The notes under the pieces were generated by a model that saw only the letters and a list, made by a program, of their open reading frames with translations, did not search any database and was not told where the DNA came from. Shown piece by piece: positions 37,701 through 51,600 of a stretch of 64,000 nucleotides of DNA. The stretch is from positions 112,158,001 through 112,222,000 of the forward strand of contig OX597822.1 in NCBI GenBank assembly GCA_951406725.2, written 5' to 3'. The stretch comes from Octopus vulgaris. Lineage: Eukaryota. The position numbers and the translations under genes were made by a program. Positions within the stretch are counted from its first letter, which is position 1. Each line of letters begins with the position of its first letter.

Positions 37701-40700
37701 GATATGACTGAAGGCCACAACTTCACTGTTGTTCTACACTTCCTATCTCTGCACAAGATTATCTCGTTGAAGTAGCCACTACAATCTGATTCTATGAATT
37801 ATCATCGAAAGAAGAATTAAATATATTTTTTTTTAAGGAAATGTATAGATCTTGTATTCAATCTTTCATCTCTGTGTGAACTCTTGTGATAACACGACAC
37901 GCAGCCACATCAAACCCATTGTACTATCTACATAATTCACTGCAGAGTTAAAAGAATGGTCAAGAGCTTTCATGAAGCTGTAAAGGCCAACACACTAAAG
38001 AAAAATGAATCTTACCAAGATCATGGCAACGTGTGAGAACCTTTCGTATGTTTGACAAATATAAGACAAACCCGTTTCATCTAGGAGAATTTTTTGTAGT
38101 ATGAAAGTAGCAACCTGTAAAGAGAAAAAGAGAGGGAAAAAATATGCAATTTCAGCACCAGTTGGTAATCTTATTACCTGTGAATTCTTATTTGAAATGA
38201 GACATTGGTAATAAAAAAAGAATAGAAGTTTTTATAGAAAATTAATGACAGCACTTTGTAAGTTATGGTTTTATTAAAAAGACCAACATAATTATATATA
38301 TATATATCATCATCATCATCGTTTAACGTCCACTTTCCATGCTAGCATGGGTTGGACGGTTCAACTGGGGTCTGGCAAGCTCGAAGGCTGCACCAGGCCA
38401 GTCAGATCTGGCAGTGATTCTACAGCTGGATGCCCTTCCTAACGCCAACCACTCCAAGAGTGTAGTGGGTGATTTTATGTGCCACCGACACACACATATA
38501 TATATATATATATATATTTCTCACTGTGACCGACCAGGCTATCAGATGTTGCTACATATCGCTGGCCACAATGCGCTTCTCATTGTTTTAGCCTTCAAAT
38601 GATGCCACCCTGCTGGCGAAGCGAGCAGGCCAACAGAAGAGTGAGAGAAAATTGTGGCGAAAGAGTACAGCAGGGATCGCCACCACCCCCTGCCAAAGCC
38701 TTGTGGAGCTTTAGGTATTTTTGATCAATAAACACTCACAACGCTCGGTCTGGGAATCGAAACCGCGATCCTACGACCACAAGTCTGCTGCCCTAACCAC
38801 TGGGCCATTGTGCCTCCATATATATATATATATATATAGTTGTTTCTAAGATAATTTTCATGTGAGATATAGTTTGTTAGTGTAATGTAAAAAGATAATC
38901 CTGGAGCAACAAAAATATTAAAATTTATCACTAATTAATGTTAAAGAGAATTACTTTGATGAAATAATTTGATTTGGAATTCAATGAATTAATTTATATG
39001 CTAATTTTATGCAAAAAAAAAAAAGATAAAAATATTGGTTCCTGTGAGAAAGGAACACTAACAAAAGAGATAAGAGACAAACTAGAAAAAAAGAAATTAT
39101 AACAGAGAACACTTGTTTATACCAGTTATTTGCCTGATGATGTTTCTTGGGATAATTAGAATGGTAATTCTTTAATTAAGTATAAAAATGACCAAATGAG
39201 CAACTATAATAATAATAATAATAAACATTGTGTACAGTGCTCAGGTGCACTACAACTCATCGAAAGTGTATATATAATCAGGTGTAGTTTCGACGGATTT
39301 CGGAAAGCATGAGGGCCTTAAAGGATGCAGTGTCATGGCAGTCAACAACTGACGCAGGCAGTTTATTCCATGCTTCAGCAACTCTGAGTGTGAAGAAATG
39401 TTTCCGAAAGTCATGGGAGCTGTGTTGTTTTCTGACTTTGTAGGCATGTCCACGTGTGTTAGACACATGGAGATCAAAAAGGTGTTCAGTGTTGTTATTG
39501 GTGAGGTGGTTGACAACTTTGTGGGCGTTTACCAAGTCCGTCGCCAGACGCCGGAGCTTCAGTGAATCCATGCCCAGGGAAACAAGGCGCTCAGAATATG
39601 GTAGGTGTCTGATGGAGGGTATGCGTTTGGTTGCACGTCTCTGAACAGATTCCAGGAGGTCAATGTTCTGAGCAAGATAGGGGTTCCAAACTGATGATGC
39701 GAATTCCAAGTGTGGTCGTACCATAGCTGTATACAGTTTTAAATAGATGGCTGGAGAGCGGCTAACAAAAGTCTTGCTGAGTGATGCCAAGACACCCTCG
39801 GCCTTCTTGACAATTTTAGAGATAAATCTTATAATAGTTGCTATTAAGAATACTACAATAGCACTGTGTTTTAACAAAGATTTGCTGTGTTAGTTAACTC
39901 TGGTTGAGTCCAATAGAAGTTGATTGAAGTGTTCATTAGTGTTAAGGGCAGAGAACTACAGAATAAATGTTCTTGAACACAGCACAAACAACGATTTTTT
40001 ATTAGTTGGCAAATATAAGCGCCTAACAGCAAGCAATTTGTTTAGGCTCAGAGTTCTCATTGCTTTTGGCTGATGAGATGCAACATGTTGAAACACCGGT
40101 ACCCAAAAATGCCATATGCTAATGAGTTGAGTATGTTGAACACACTAGTAAAAGAGAGAAGTTCTATAATGTACACTACAGCAGCCAGCATATTTTGTGT
40201 CCAAACCTGATTAGATGTGTTAAGAATAAATAAGTAAATAATCGCTGAATCTAATTTTTTCCCTATAAAGTAAGTTTTTTTCTCTCTTTCAAGTTTAATC
40301 AGAAAATTTGTTAGAAAGTCAAAAGAACCACAATGTTGGTAGCTCAACCTTAAGAAAATAAGCCCTTTTGCAGGGCTCTGTCATCATCATCATTTAACGT
40401 CCACTTTCCATGTTAGCATGGGTTGGACGATTTGACTGGGGTCTGGCGAACCAGACTCCAGTCTGATCTGGCAGTTTCTACAGCTGGATGCCCTTCCTAA
40501 CGCCAACCACTCCGAGAGTGCAGTGGGTGCTTTTATGTGCCACCGGCACGAGGGCCAGTTTGGTGGTACTGGCAACGGCCACACCCAGATGGTGCTTTTT
40601 ATGTGCCACCTGCACAGGAGCCAGTCCAGCGGCACATCATTTAATAGTTTTCTATGCTGGCATGAGTTGGGCAGTTTGACGGAATCCAATGATCCACATC

Positions 40701-42562
40701 ATTGTGTTGAGGTCCAATGTTTGCTTTGGCATGGTCTCTACAGCTGGATGCTCTCCCTAATACCAATCTTACTATAGAGTTACTGGATGCATTTTTTTTT
40801 TGACATTGATACTATTAAGGTGACCAAGTAACATACAAGACAAAAAAAGAAGCTCCCTTCAGTTGAATGGAGTTGTAGCAGAGGAGGAGATGGCTTTATT
40901 GATGAAAATGAAAAATTACTCACAGTCTTAGATAATTCGCTTCCTGACTCCATTATTCGCAAGCAGAGAGGGATTATTTCAGTTGTAAGAAGAAATGTAA
41001 TTACTTCTTGTTCATCAGGCTAGAAATAACAAAACAAACAATTCCCCAATTTATAATTACAGGTGAAGTCATTTATACATAGGCATAACTATGGATCGAA
41101 GGAAGTTTTCTAGAGTGATAAAGTTAATTGTTGGTTCTGGTAGAAGTATTTGAAGCTACAGCAAGAATCACTATTACCTCTTTGTAGCCTTGTAGCAAAG
41201 GTCTAACTCATTTTCTTTTTAACACAGGAGAGCCACCATGAATACCTATCTTCCCCTACACTGATATTCTGAGAGAGTCACTGAGGCTACCACATCATTA
41301 ACCCTTTTGTTACCAACCTGGCTGAAACCGGCTCTGGCTTTGAGTACAAATGTCTTGTTTTCATAACTTTTGAATTAAAATCTTCCACCAAACTTTAGTC
41401 ACAACTTATGTTCCTAATACTAGCTTAATGATAACTAGGCTAGTTTACTAAATTCCTTGTTATATTTAAAATAATTGAAAGAAACACAGAGCATCTCAAA
41501 ATAAATACGGTAACGAAAGGGTTAAGTGTATTTCCAAAGAATTTTTGTTTCTAAAAAATAACTTTTCTCATCTGTGGCTTAATAGATAAAAGTTATATTA
41601 TGTATGTTGATATTAAATAGATTAATATTTTCCATGCTGGAGTACACATTTATATTATCCACAAAAATCCTTGGCCAATGTGTTAGGGTTATTTGGGTAG
41701 TCTTTGAAGTAGTCTTTTAGGTTGCTGAAGGGACTAACACCAAGCTAGAAGATTATGTGTGTCCCTATAACTCACTGGTGTCATGGGTTACCATACGAAG
41801 ACTATAAAATATATCTAGAGCAAATCAGCTTGGCAATGCCCATCTCTCTTTCCAACTTATACTCCTAAGAGGACTTGGACTGAGTGCCTGTAACATTCAT
41901 GAATTACATAGCATTAACTTCCAGTTAATTTCAACTCCCAGTACCATCTTTCTGTTGACATTCATCATCATCACTTAACGTCCGTTTTCCATGGTAGCAC
42001 GGGTTGGATGGTTCGACCGGGGTCTGGTAAGCCATGGAGGCTGCACCAGGCTCCAGTCTGATCTGGCAGTGTTTCTACAGCTGGATGCCCTTCCTAACGC
42101 CAACCACTCCGTGAGTGTAGTGGGTGCTTCTTACGTGCCACTGGCACAGGGGCCAGAGGAGGCAGGCAAACGGCCACGATCGGTTGGTGCTTTTACGTGT
42201 CACCGACACGGATGCCACTCAGGCGGCGCTGGCACCTGCCACGTTCGGACGGTGCTTTTTATGTGTCACCAGTGCGGGTGTCTTAACTACAATTTCCATT
42301 TGAATTTTTATTTTGGTTCTAAAAGTTAAAAAGGAAAGTGAATGTATACTCTTACTCTTTTACTTGTTTCAGTCATTTGACTGCGGCCATGCTGGAGCAC
42401 CGCCTTTTAGTCGAGCAAATCGACCCCGGGACTTATTCTTTGTAAGCCCAGTACTTATTCTATCGGTCTCTTTTGCCGAACCGCTAAGTGACGGGGACGT
42501 AAACACACCAGCATCAATTGTCAAGCAATGCTAGGGGGACAAACACAGACACACAAACACAG

Positions 42563-42607
<45 letters not shown>

Positions 42608-45600
42608 TGTTTCCGTCTACCAAATCCACTCACAAGGCATTGGTCGGCCCGAGGCTATCGCAGAAGACACTTGCCCAAGATGCCACGCAGTGGGACTGAA
42701 CCCGGAACCATGTGGTTGGTTAGCAAGCTACTTACCACACAGCCACTCCTGCGCCTATTATAAAATTATAAAATTTATTTCAGAAAATATCTTTTAAGTA
42801 CGACACTTCAGATATTATAATCAAAAAAGAACACAGATGTCAATTAGAAATGACATCTCCTAATTAAGAACATGACTTGGCTCTCCATAACAAAATATCA
42901 TTTTATTGTTTTGAAATGAGAACAATTTTAAATTAGGAAGAGAAAAATTACCTTAACAAGAGCCCCTATAACACCAAGACTTGTTAAACGGAGATACTCA
43001 AATGGACGTGTTTTACTGACAGTGTGAAGAAATGGATAAAGAAACAGTGGGATGTGAGCTGTGGAAAACGAAAGAAATAAATCATAATAAAAGTTGTTTT
43101 CTTAAACAAAAATGTCATCTATTTAGAACAAAGAAGAGGCATATATCGAGTCTTAGTCTAGAAATTAAAAACCACACAACTTCCTGACAGAATAATGATG
43201 AAGAAGGTATTAATTTTCCAAATACCTTGATACAAACATATGCATCAATCTATGTCTGCATCCAAACCAGGTTGGGACTGAAAATTATGTCATTGTTGTC
43301 AGTGTTGTTTTACACCTACTTACCATGTTGGTATTGATTGGCTGAATCGGCATGGCCCAAACCAGTTTGTATTTGAAGTTATTTTCTTCCTAGACATGTT
43401 GGGAGATCAAGTGTTACAAGATTTTGTTTCAAGTTTGGTATGGTTTGTAAGCTGGATACTATTCTTAGCACCAACCACTTCACTAAGTGTATGGGTGCAG
43501 CTTATCATGGCACCAGCACTAGAAAGGTTGTCCTATCTTCAGTAATACAAATTAAGAGTCTTCTCAACTCTACATCATCTCTGCCTGTTCACCAACTACT
43601 TTACAGTGTACTGGGAGCATTTTATTGTGGCTCCAGCACTAGTGCTTTTCATCCTCCAAAACAAAAAGGGGTTCTCCATGCTCAGTACTGTCTCTGTTTG
43701 TAGGGGCTAATGTGGCTAAGAGTGGGAAGAAAAGAGAGGAAGATAGGATAATTGGAGTGTCAGTGTGTTAAAGAGAGAGAGAGAGAAATGGAGGGGATAG
43801 AGTGTAAGAGGACTTCAGGAAGAGAAAGTATTGGGAAAGGAAAAGAGCGAGTGAGAGATGGACAGTCATAAAATGGTCAGTGGTAAAAGTATTATTTAAG
43901 GCGGCGAGCTGGCAGAAACGTTAGCACGCCGGGTGAAATGCGTAGCCATATTTCGTCTGCTGTTACGTTCTGAGTTCAAATTCTGCCGAGGTCGACTTTG
44001 CCTTTCGTCCTTTCGGGGTTGATAAATTAAGTACCAGTTACGCACTGGGGTCGATGTAATAGACTTTATCCATTTGTCTGTCCTTGTTTGTCCTCTCTGT
44101 GTGGGTAATAAGGAAATAAGTAAGAGTATTATGGAAGTGAATAATGAGTGACATTTACCTTGTAAAAATGCTGATCTTGTTTCTGGGTGAGAAGCAACAC
44201 ATTGTAGAAGTGCTAAGGCATTGCAAACTCTGTTGGATTGATGAGCCTTGCAGGGGATAAATAATAGATAAATAAAAGTGTCATCATAACTTAATCAACA
44301 AAATGTATTTCATTCAACAATAAGCAGCAGTTAATTTCATTTCTTAATTTGGAGAGACAAACATGTTTTTATGTTCTTAAGTTAATCTTGAACACAAAGC
44401 GTAGCCAATGTTGAAGCACACAAAATACAACGAAAATAGTTTGATAGGCTTCCATTTTTAAACAGTATAATATTGGTAGAACCATTTCATAAAAAAGATA
44501 AAACAAAGAGCTATTCTAGATTAAAATACCATACTTCTTTGAATTAGTAACGCTCATTGCAGGGTAGGTGTAAGAGGTTAGATCTGGATAGTCTGAACAT
44601 AAAACTGGTAGAATATTTGGGTGAGATATGGCTGGTTTCAATGCTAATCATCATGATGACAACGATGACGACGACGACGACGATGATGATTAGCATTGAA
44701 ACCAGCCATATCTGGCCCAAATATTCTACCAGTTTTATGTTCAAACTATCCAGATCTAACCTCTCACACCTACCCTGCAATGAGATTCTAAAAATATGCA
44801 ATCGAATCACTGATATCTCGAAGCTATGAGATAACGCATGATTAATTCAAAACGGTCTGAGTAAATAAGCATTACATTCGACAGAGTAATCTGAATGCGG
44901 AAGAGTTGAGAGGGAGGAGACAGGAAGAAAGTAAAGGAGTACTTGTGTTAAAGAATTCAATTAGCGGGAAGAGGGGCTAAAAACAGTTATTTGAGGGAGT
45001 ATGTGGAATTTTTTCAAGTTATAGGCAAATGAATGACAACAACAAGAGTTTATAATTAATCAGAAAACATGAATATTAGGAAAATAGTGAAGCATCAAGT
45101 GAGAATGATATGCAGTTTATTTAGAACTATGCAAGTTAACATGGAAAGAGAGATCCTCAAGAAAATGCCAAGTTTGATAGTATTTCTGCAGTACAGAATT
45201 CGTTAATTTTTATGCTTAACTCAGTAAAGTAATCGACAAGTGGGCCGATCAAAGCCTTGTGAGTGGATTTGGTAGACGGAAACTGAAAGAAGCCCGTCGT
45301 ATATATGTATGTATATATATATAAATATGTATATGTATGTGTGTGTGTATGTTTATGTGTTTGTCCCCCCCCCCCCAACATCACTTGACAACCGATGCTG
45401 GTCTGTTTACGTCCCTGTAACTTAGTGGTTCAGCAAAAGAGACCGATAGAATAAGTACTAGGCTTACAAAAAATAAGTCCTGGGGGGGTTGATTTGCTCA
45501 ACTAAAAGGTGGTGCTCCAGCATGGCCACAGTCAAATGACTGAAACAAGTAAAAGAGTAAAGAGTACCTTTCTAAACCCAGTTGTTATTGCATGTCAGTT

Positions 45601-48600
45601 GAAATACACTGTTGTTATTTCAATTAATTTTTGAAAATAATAAAGAATTTAGTAAAATGACTTGGTCATTATTAAGGTGCTGTCTGGAAGATACATTAAC
45701 ATGAGATTTTGAGGGAAGGTTTTAATTTAGAACACTGTAAAACAGGAATTTTGAGTCAGAGACCCAAATGCAGTCTTTAGTGAGTTGGTATTGAGGTAAG
45801 ACAGGAATCGAAATAAGGCTCTGTGGTGAGCGTTTCTCCCTGTAAGGTAGTTGTAAGCAGATGTCACCATAATGTAAGTATTGTCCTGCATTCCGAATCT
45901 TGCAAGGAGACGCACACAGCGGCTTCTTTCAGTTTCTGTCAACTAAATCCACCCAAGTCTTTGGTTGGTTGATTTTATAGGAAGACACCTGCACAAAGTG
46001 TTATGCAGTGGGATTGAACCTGGAACTATGTGGTTGGGAAGCAAACTTCTTACCTCACAGTCATATATGCATCTACATGAACATGTATTTCACTAATGGT
46101 TCTATTATGAATGACACAATTTGTTAATAAAAAAATAAACTAATTACCTAATCAACTGATGACAATAAAAACTGAAGTGAAATACAGTTAGGGGTGTATG
46201 TGTATTATTGGCAGTTTGACCCCCTTAACCCTTTAGTATTTAAACCGGCCATATCCGGCCAAAATATTTAATCTGTTTTATGTTCAAACTGACCAGATCC
46301 AGGCTCTCACACCTACCCTACAATGTTATTCTACATTAAGTAATTACACCATCAAGATCTTGAAGATATGAGATAATACATGATTAATTCAAATCAATGG
46401 GAATCAATAGGCATTATGTTTGATTGAATAATCTGAACACTAAAGGGTTAAAGTACAACATTTCACGATTTCACATTAAGAAATGTTAAAAAAAATAGGT
46501 AATTCTCCTTTAACTAAATCTCTTCTTCCAGAATATACACTTTCCTTTCACCTTGCAGATTATGAATTTATATTTTTCACTTTTTACAAACTTTTAAACA
46601 ATAAACACTTATCAAGAATGTTGTCTTTAGTATAGGATCATTTAGTAGAGTTTATTTTCAGCATGGTATACACAATCAGGAAATAACTGAGGCAAGTGGG
46701 AGTCAGAAGTGGTGGCACAGGTAGGCAAAATGGGTTTGTTGCTATTCATTAATTTGTGTTGGAGACAAACACAAACACAAATTAATGAATAACAACAATT
46801 CAGTGTGACACCAGTGCAGAATCACCTCCCTCCGACAAGTCATCCTAACGAGATGTCTGCGTTGGCTGGGTCATGCCCTCCGTCGTCAACCAGGAGAATT
46901 CATCTACGAAGCAATTGCCCCAGCTTCCCTTCAGGGTTGGTGAAAGCAATGTAGTGGACAACGAAAAACCTGGCTGATGACAGTCAAGGCTGATCTGGAA
47001 CCCAACCTAGGCCCCCATGTCTACGGCGTTCGCCGCTGGAATAGGGAGTGGTTGGAGATCACGTGGTTGTTAGCCTCAAATTGCCAGGCCTGGTCGGCAT
47101 TTGTGAGAGATTCAGCATTGAGGATGAATGAAGCCAGCTCAACCCACCCCGGGTGAATGCTGTCTCAAGATAAGAAGACAAGATTAATTTGTGTGCTGAC
47201 AATAGTATTTACTTTGTGTGAGACACCAATATAATAATGAAAATATTGCTTTAATAATAGAAGTATTGTTAGGATTCAATAACGTAATATCTGTAATTAT
47301 ACTTACAGTTAATTGTGGAGGATTGATTGCAGGATAAATGTTGATAATTTCTTGAAGAAGAGCAGCTATGGTTCCAAATGAGTGCCATAGCATTGGAGCA
47401 AGATCTGGGACAACCTCCCTTTTTTTGCTAGAAACAGAAAAATGATAAAGAATACATAATATATAAACAGGAAGTAAATATGAAAGAAGGCTCTTAGTAA
47501 ACCATATACATCGTCATTTTTTTCACTTGTTTTCCATCTTGGTAAGGACTCAATAGGTCATCACAGTCTGAGTCATCTCCTCTTGGGAGCTGTTGCTTCC
47601 AACAGACTGATGCTCGGACATGACATCTGGTTTGGTTTTTTCTGTAGTTGGATGCCTTTCCTATCACCAGCCACACTACAGGGTGTACTGAGAGCATTTT
47701 TATGGCCCCCAACTAGAAACATTGAATAAAGTGACCTCTGACAGCTGAGCATTCTCTGCTTAGTTTGTCAACCACTTTACAGGGTATACTGGGTATGGTT
47801 TTGTGCTACAAACACCAGAAAGAGATTGTCTCACTCACTCACCAGTTTGAGGGAACACGAATTGTTAGCTGGCACTACCACAGGAAGAGTGGTGTCTTGT
47901 ACACAAGCAATGTAGGGCATATTCAGGGCTCAGACATATATATATCAGGGAGGAGAAATAGGCAAGGTACGGTGTCAGTAGTGAGACTGGAAGTGGATGA
48001 GGGGAGTAATTGCTGAGAATAAACAATAACCTAGAGCATGTATGTTTGTTAAGTGACTAAGAAAGGGGTTAGAAGAAAGAGAAATGACAGAAGAGCCTGG
48101 ATAGCTGGGTGGAAGAATGAAAGGAGCAGCAGTATGAGATAAGTGATAAGGTTATTTAGAACAATAAAGATGGGCAAAGGTAAAAAGTGATGGATAGTAA
48201 GGTAAGTGGCCCAGGAGATATGGGGGAGCATAAGGTGACGAGCTGGCAGAAACGTTAGCACACCGGGCGAAATACGTAACCGTATTTCGTCTGCCGTTAC
48301 GTTCTGAGTTCAAATTCCGCCGAGGTTCAACTTTGCCTTTCATCCTTTCGAAGTCGATAAATTAAGTACCAGTTACGCATTGGGGTCGATGTAATCGACT
48401 TAATCTGTCTGTCTGTCCTTGTTTGTCCCCTCTATGTTTAGCCCCTTGTGGGTAGTTAAAAATAAATAAAGGCTGGTACTTGAGAAGAGTAAAGAGAGTA
48501 AAGAAGATGCACAAAAGAAAAGGAATTATAGAGGCACAAGTATGGCCCAATGTTGTCTCCTACACATCAGTCTAGTGAAGAGGTGAGAGTGGATTAGTGT

Positions 48601-51600
48601 GGTCTTCAGGCGAAGGGTTAAGGAGGACCGATACAGTCTTTTGTCTATAGGCCTAGTGGAAGAATGAAGGTGAATTTATGGGAGAGTGTGCAAAAGGGTG
48701 AAGTGGGGGAATCAAAATAGTGAAAAGTGATGAGAAGTACACATTGGCATAGGAGAAATTCTAACCACATGCAGCAAAGTGAAATAGATTTTAATTTGTC
48801 ATGTAGAAACTATTTCCAGTATTTCTCTTCAAAGACAAACACAGACTAATATAAATTGTCTTATGGCAACAGGTTATGGCCTCGCAATTTTTACTGTCAC
48901 ACTGGAACTAATGTATAATGTTTCTTATATTAGTAATTTAAAAGAAAATTTTTGAGTCAAGTACATCAACATCAAAAGGAAATTGTAGTTGTGATACCTG
49001 TGCCGGTGGCATGTAAAAAGCACCATCTGAACGTGGCCGATGCCAGCGCCGCCTTGACTGGCTTCTGTGCCGGTGGCACGTAAAAAGCACCAACCAATCG
49101 TGGCCAATGCTAGCTACGCCTTGACTGGCTTCTGTGCCGGTGGCACATAAAAAGCACCAACCGATCGTGGCCGCTGCCAGCCTCTCCTGGCACCTGTGTC
49201 GGTGGCACGTAAAAAGCACCCACTACACTCACGGAGTGTTTGGCATTAGGAAGGGCACCCAGCTGTAGAAACACTGCCAGATCAGACTGGAGCCTGGTGC
49301 AGCCTCCTGGCTTCCCAGACTCTGGTCGAACCGTCAAACCCGTGCTAGCACGGAAAATGGACGTTAAATGATGATGTATCACATTAACCAGACTGTACTA
49401 TATCTTAACAGAAATAAATAGAACCAGTGTTAAGTAGTATAGCACGAAACCATGTCAAATAATTTTACTTCAACTGTTATTATTTAGTTTTCCTATCATT
49501 TTGGAAACCAAATCAAACTGAAGGAATTTTGTAACAAGAATTGATTATTTAAAGTCAAAATTGCTGCTTTAAAGTGACATAAGCAGATTCAACATGCAAA
49601 GGTCAAGTATGGAGGTCATACCGATCTGAGATGGCAGAAGAAATCTAAGCCATTTTGGCCATCTTCAGTATATGCATAAATATAGGTAACCAAAAAAGAT
49701 GTTTGGTTCCTAGGGCAATAGCACCAGAGTTTAAAGTTATTCAAAGACATTGACAACTGGAATCAATGTTAGAATAAGAAAAAAAATCAAGATTAGAGTA
49801 AGATGATAATGATTACATTGGGGTGATAGCATCCAAGAATTGTATTCTGAGATAAAGAGAGGAATAACTTTACAGTTGTAAAACTAGGGAAATAAAATTT
49901 GGAGGCAATAGTCTCTATCAAACTACTGGTACACATGTGTAGTAAAGATAGATTTAAAATTTGAAGCATTAGCTTTAAGATATTCTACCAAACAAAGATG
50001 AAGAAACCTACCTTAATTCAAGAAGGGCGTTTTCTCGTGTGTCTGGATTAGTGAGTTCAATAATCCACTGATAGATTTTATCCCTATCAACGCTAATCAT
50101 GCTAGGACAAGCGGCACCTTGTTGTGGATTCATCATGCGTGGCTAGAAAAGTAGGTTAAAAGAATTAAACACAATTATATGAAATATATATATGAAGTAT
50201 AGAATTATTCCAAGTCCTACCCCTATCATTCCCCTCACCACCTTGCCCCAATTCTGTAAGAAACCTGTTCTCTTCTGCTCACTTCTTTCATATTTTAATC
50301 CCATCATCTAGCATAAAGCTACCTCTCTAGGGGTTCAGAGCTTTGCAAGCTGCCTGGTGACCTCTTTGGTGCTGGCGACATGAAAAAAGCAGCCAGGACA
50401 TGCAGTGATGTGTTTGGCCATAGAAAGGCCATTCGGCTGTAAAAACCAAGTCTAACTAGACAATGGAGCACAAAGCAGTCCTTGGACTTCTCGGATCCTG
50501 CAAGGCCATCCAACTTATTCCAGCATTAAATAATGATGACATGTTGAATGTTAAAGGATGAGAAAATAACTAGCAGTAAACACACAAAGTGATGCCATCA
50601 CTTTGTCTCCAACAATTTGGTGCAACACCAGTGCAGAATCACCTCCCTCCGACAAGTCATCCTAACGAGATTTCTGTGTCATGCCCTCTGTCGTCAACCA
50701 GGAGAATTCATCTACGAAGCAATTGCTCCAGCTCCCCTTCAGAGTTGGTGAAAGCAATGTGGTGGAGAACGAAAAACCTGGCTGATGAGTCAAGGCTGAT
50801 CTGGAACCCAACCTAGGCCCTCATATCTACGGCATTCGCTGCTGGAATAAGGAGTGGTTGGAGATCACGCGGTCGTTAGCTTCGAATTGCCAGGTCTGGT
50901 CAGCGTTTGTGAGAGATTCAGCATTCAGGATGAATGAAGCCAGTTCAACCCACCCTGGGTGAATGCTGTCTCAAGTCAAGTCAAGTCAAACACATAAAAC
51001 ACAGTTACTTTTCTGTCAAATCTTGGCTTTCTCCACTGCAGATGACCTCGTCATGATTGTGGTGCGGATATAAAGGTAAGTGAAAATCTACATTGTGCAC
51101 ACGGATTTTTCTAGTTAGAATATGTCACTGGCCTCATATTTCAATGGTCATATGATATAATGAGAATTGGCCCTAGAAAGGGTGCACACATTTTTTTATG
51201 TAAAAAAAAAAATGCTTATGAATTATAATCAGAAATAGTTAGTTAGTTAGTTAATTTTTTGGCTCAAATAGCAAAAAGCAAGGCCATGTAGGGGGACATG
51301 GAGTTAAGTATAGGGTGGTGTTCATGTAAAGAGTTCAGGCCACTTAAGGTCAAGGGAGACTTTGAACTGAGCGGTCGTCCGTATCTTCACCATCTCGTCC
51401 AGCAGCTTATTCCACGGATCCGCAACCCGGATGGAGAAAGCCCCTCTCCTTCGATTGAGATGAAATCGTCGCAGATAGAGCTTTTCGGAATGACCCCGCA
51501 GCCAACGCTCTGGAGCAGGAGTGAAGAACAGCTCTTTCGAGAGGTTACACTTTCCGCTTATGATGAGACACACACACTTGTGGATTCATATATACCCACA

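Noticed and set aside
44544-44829. Two near-identical ORFs on opposite strands
   Set aside because: An artefact of the palindrome.
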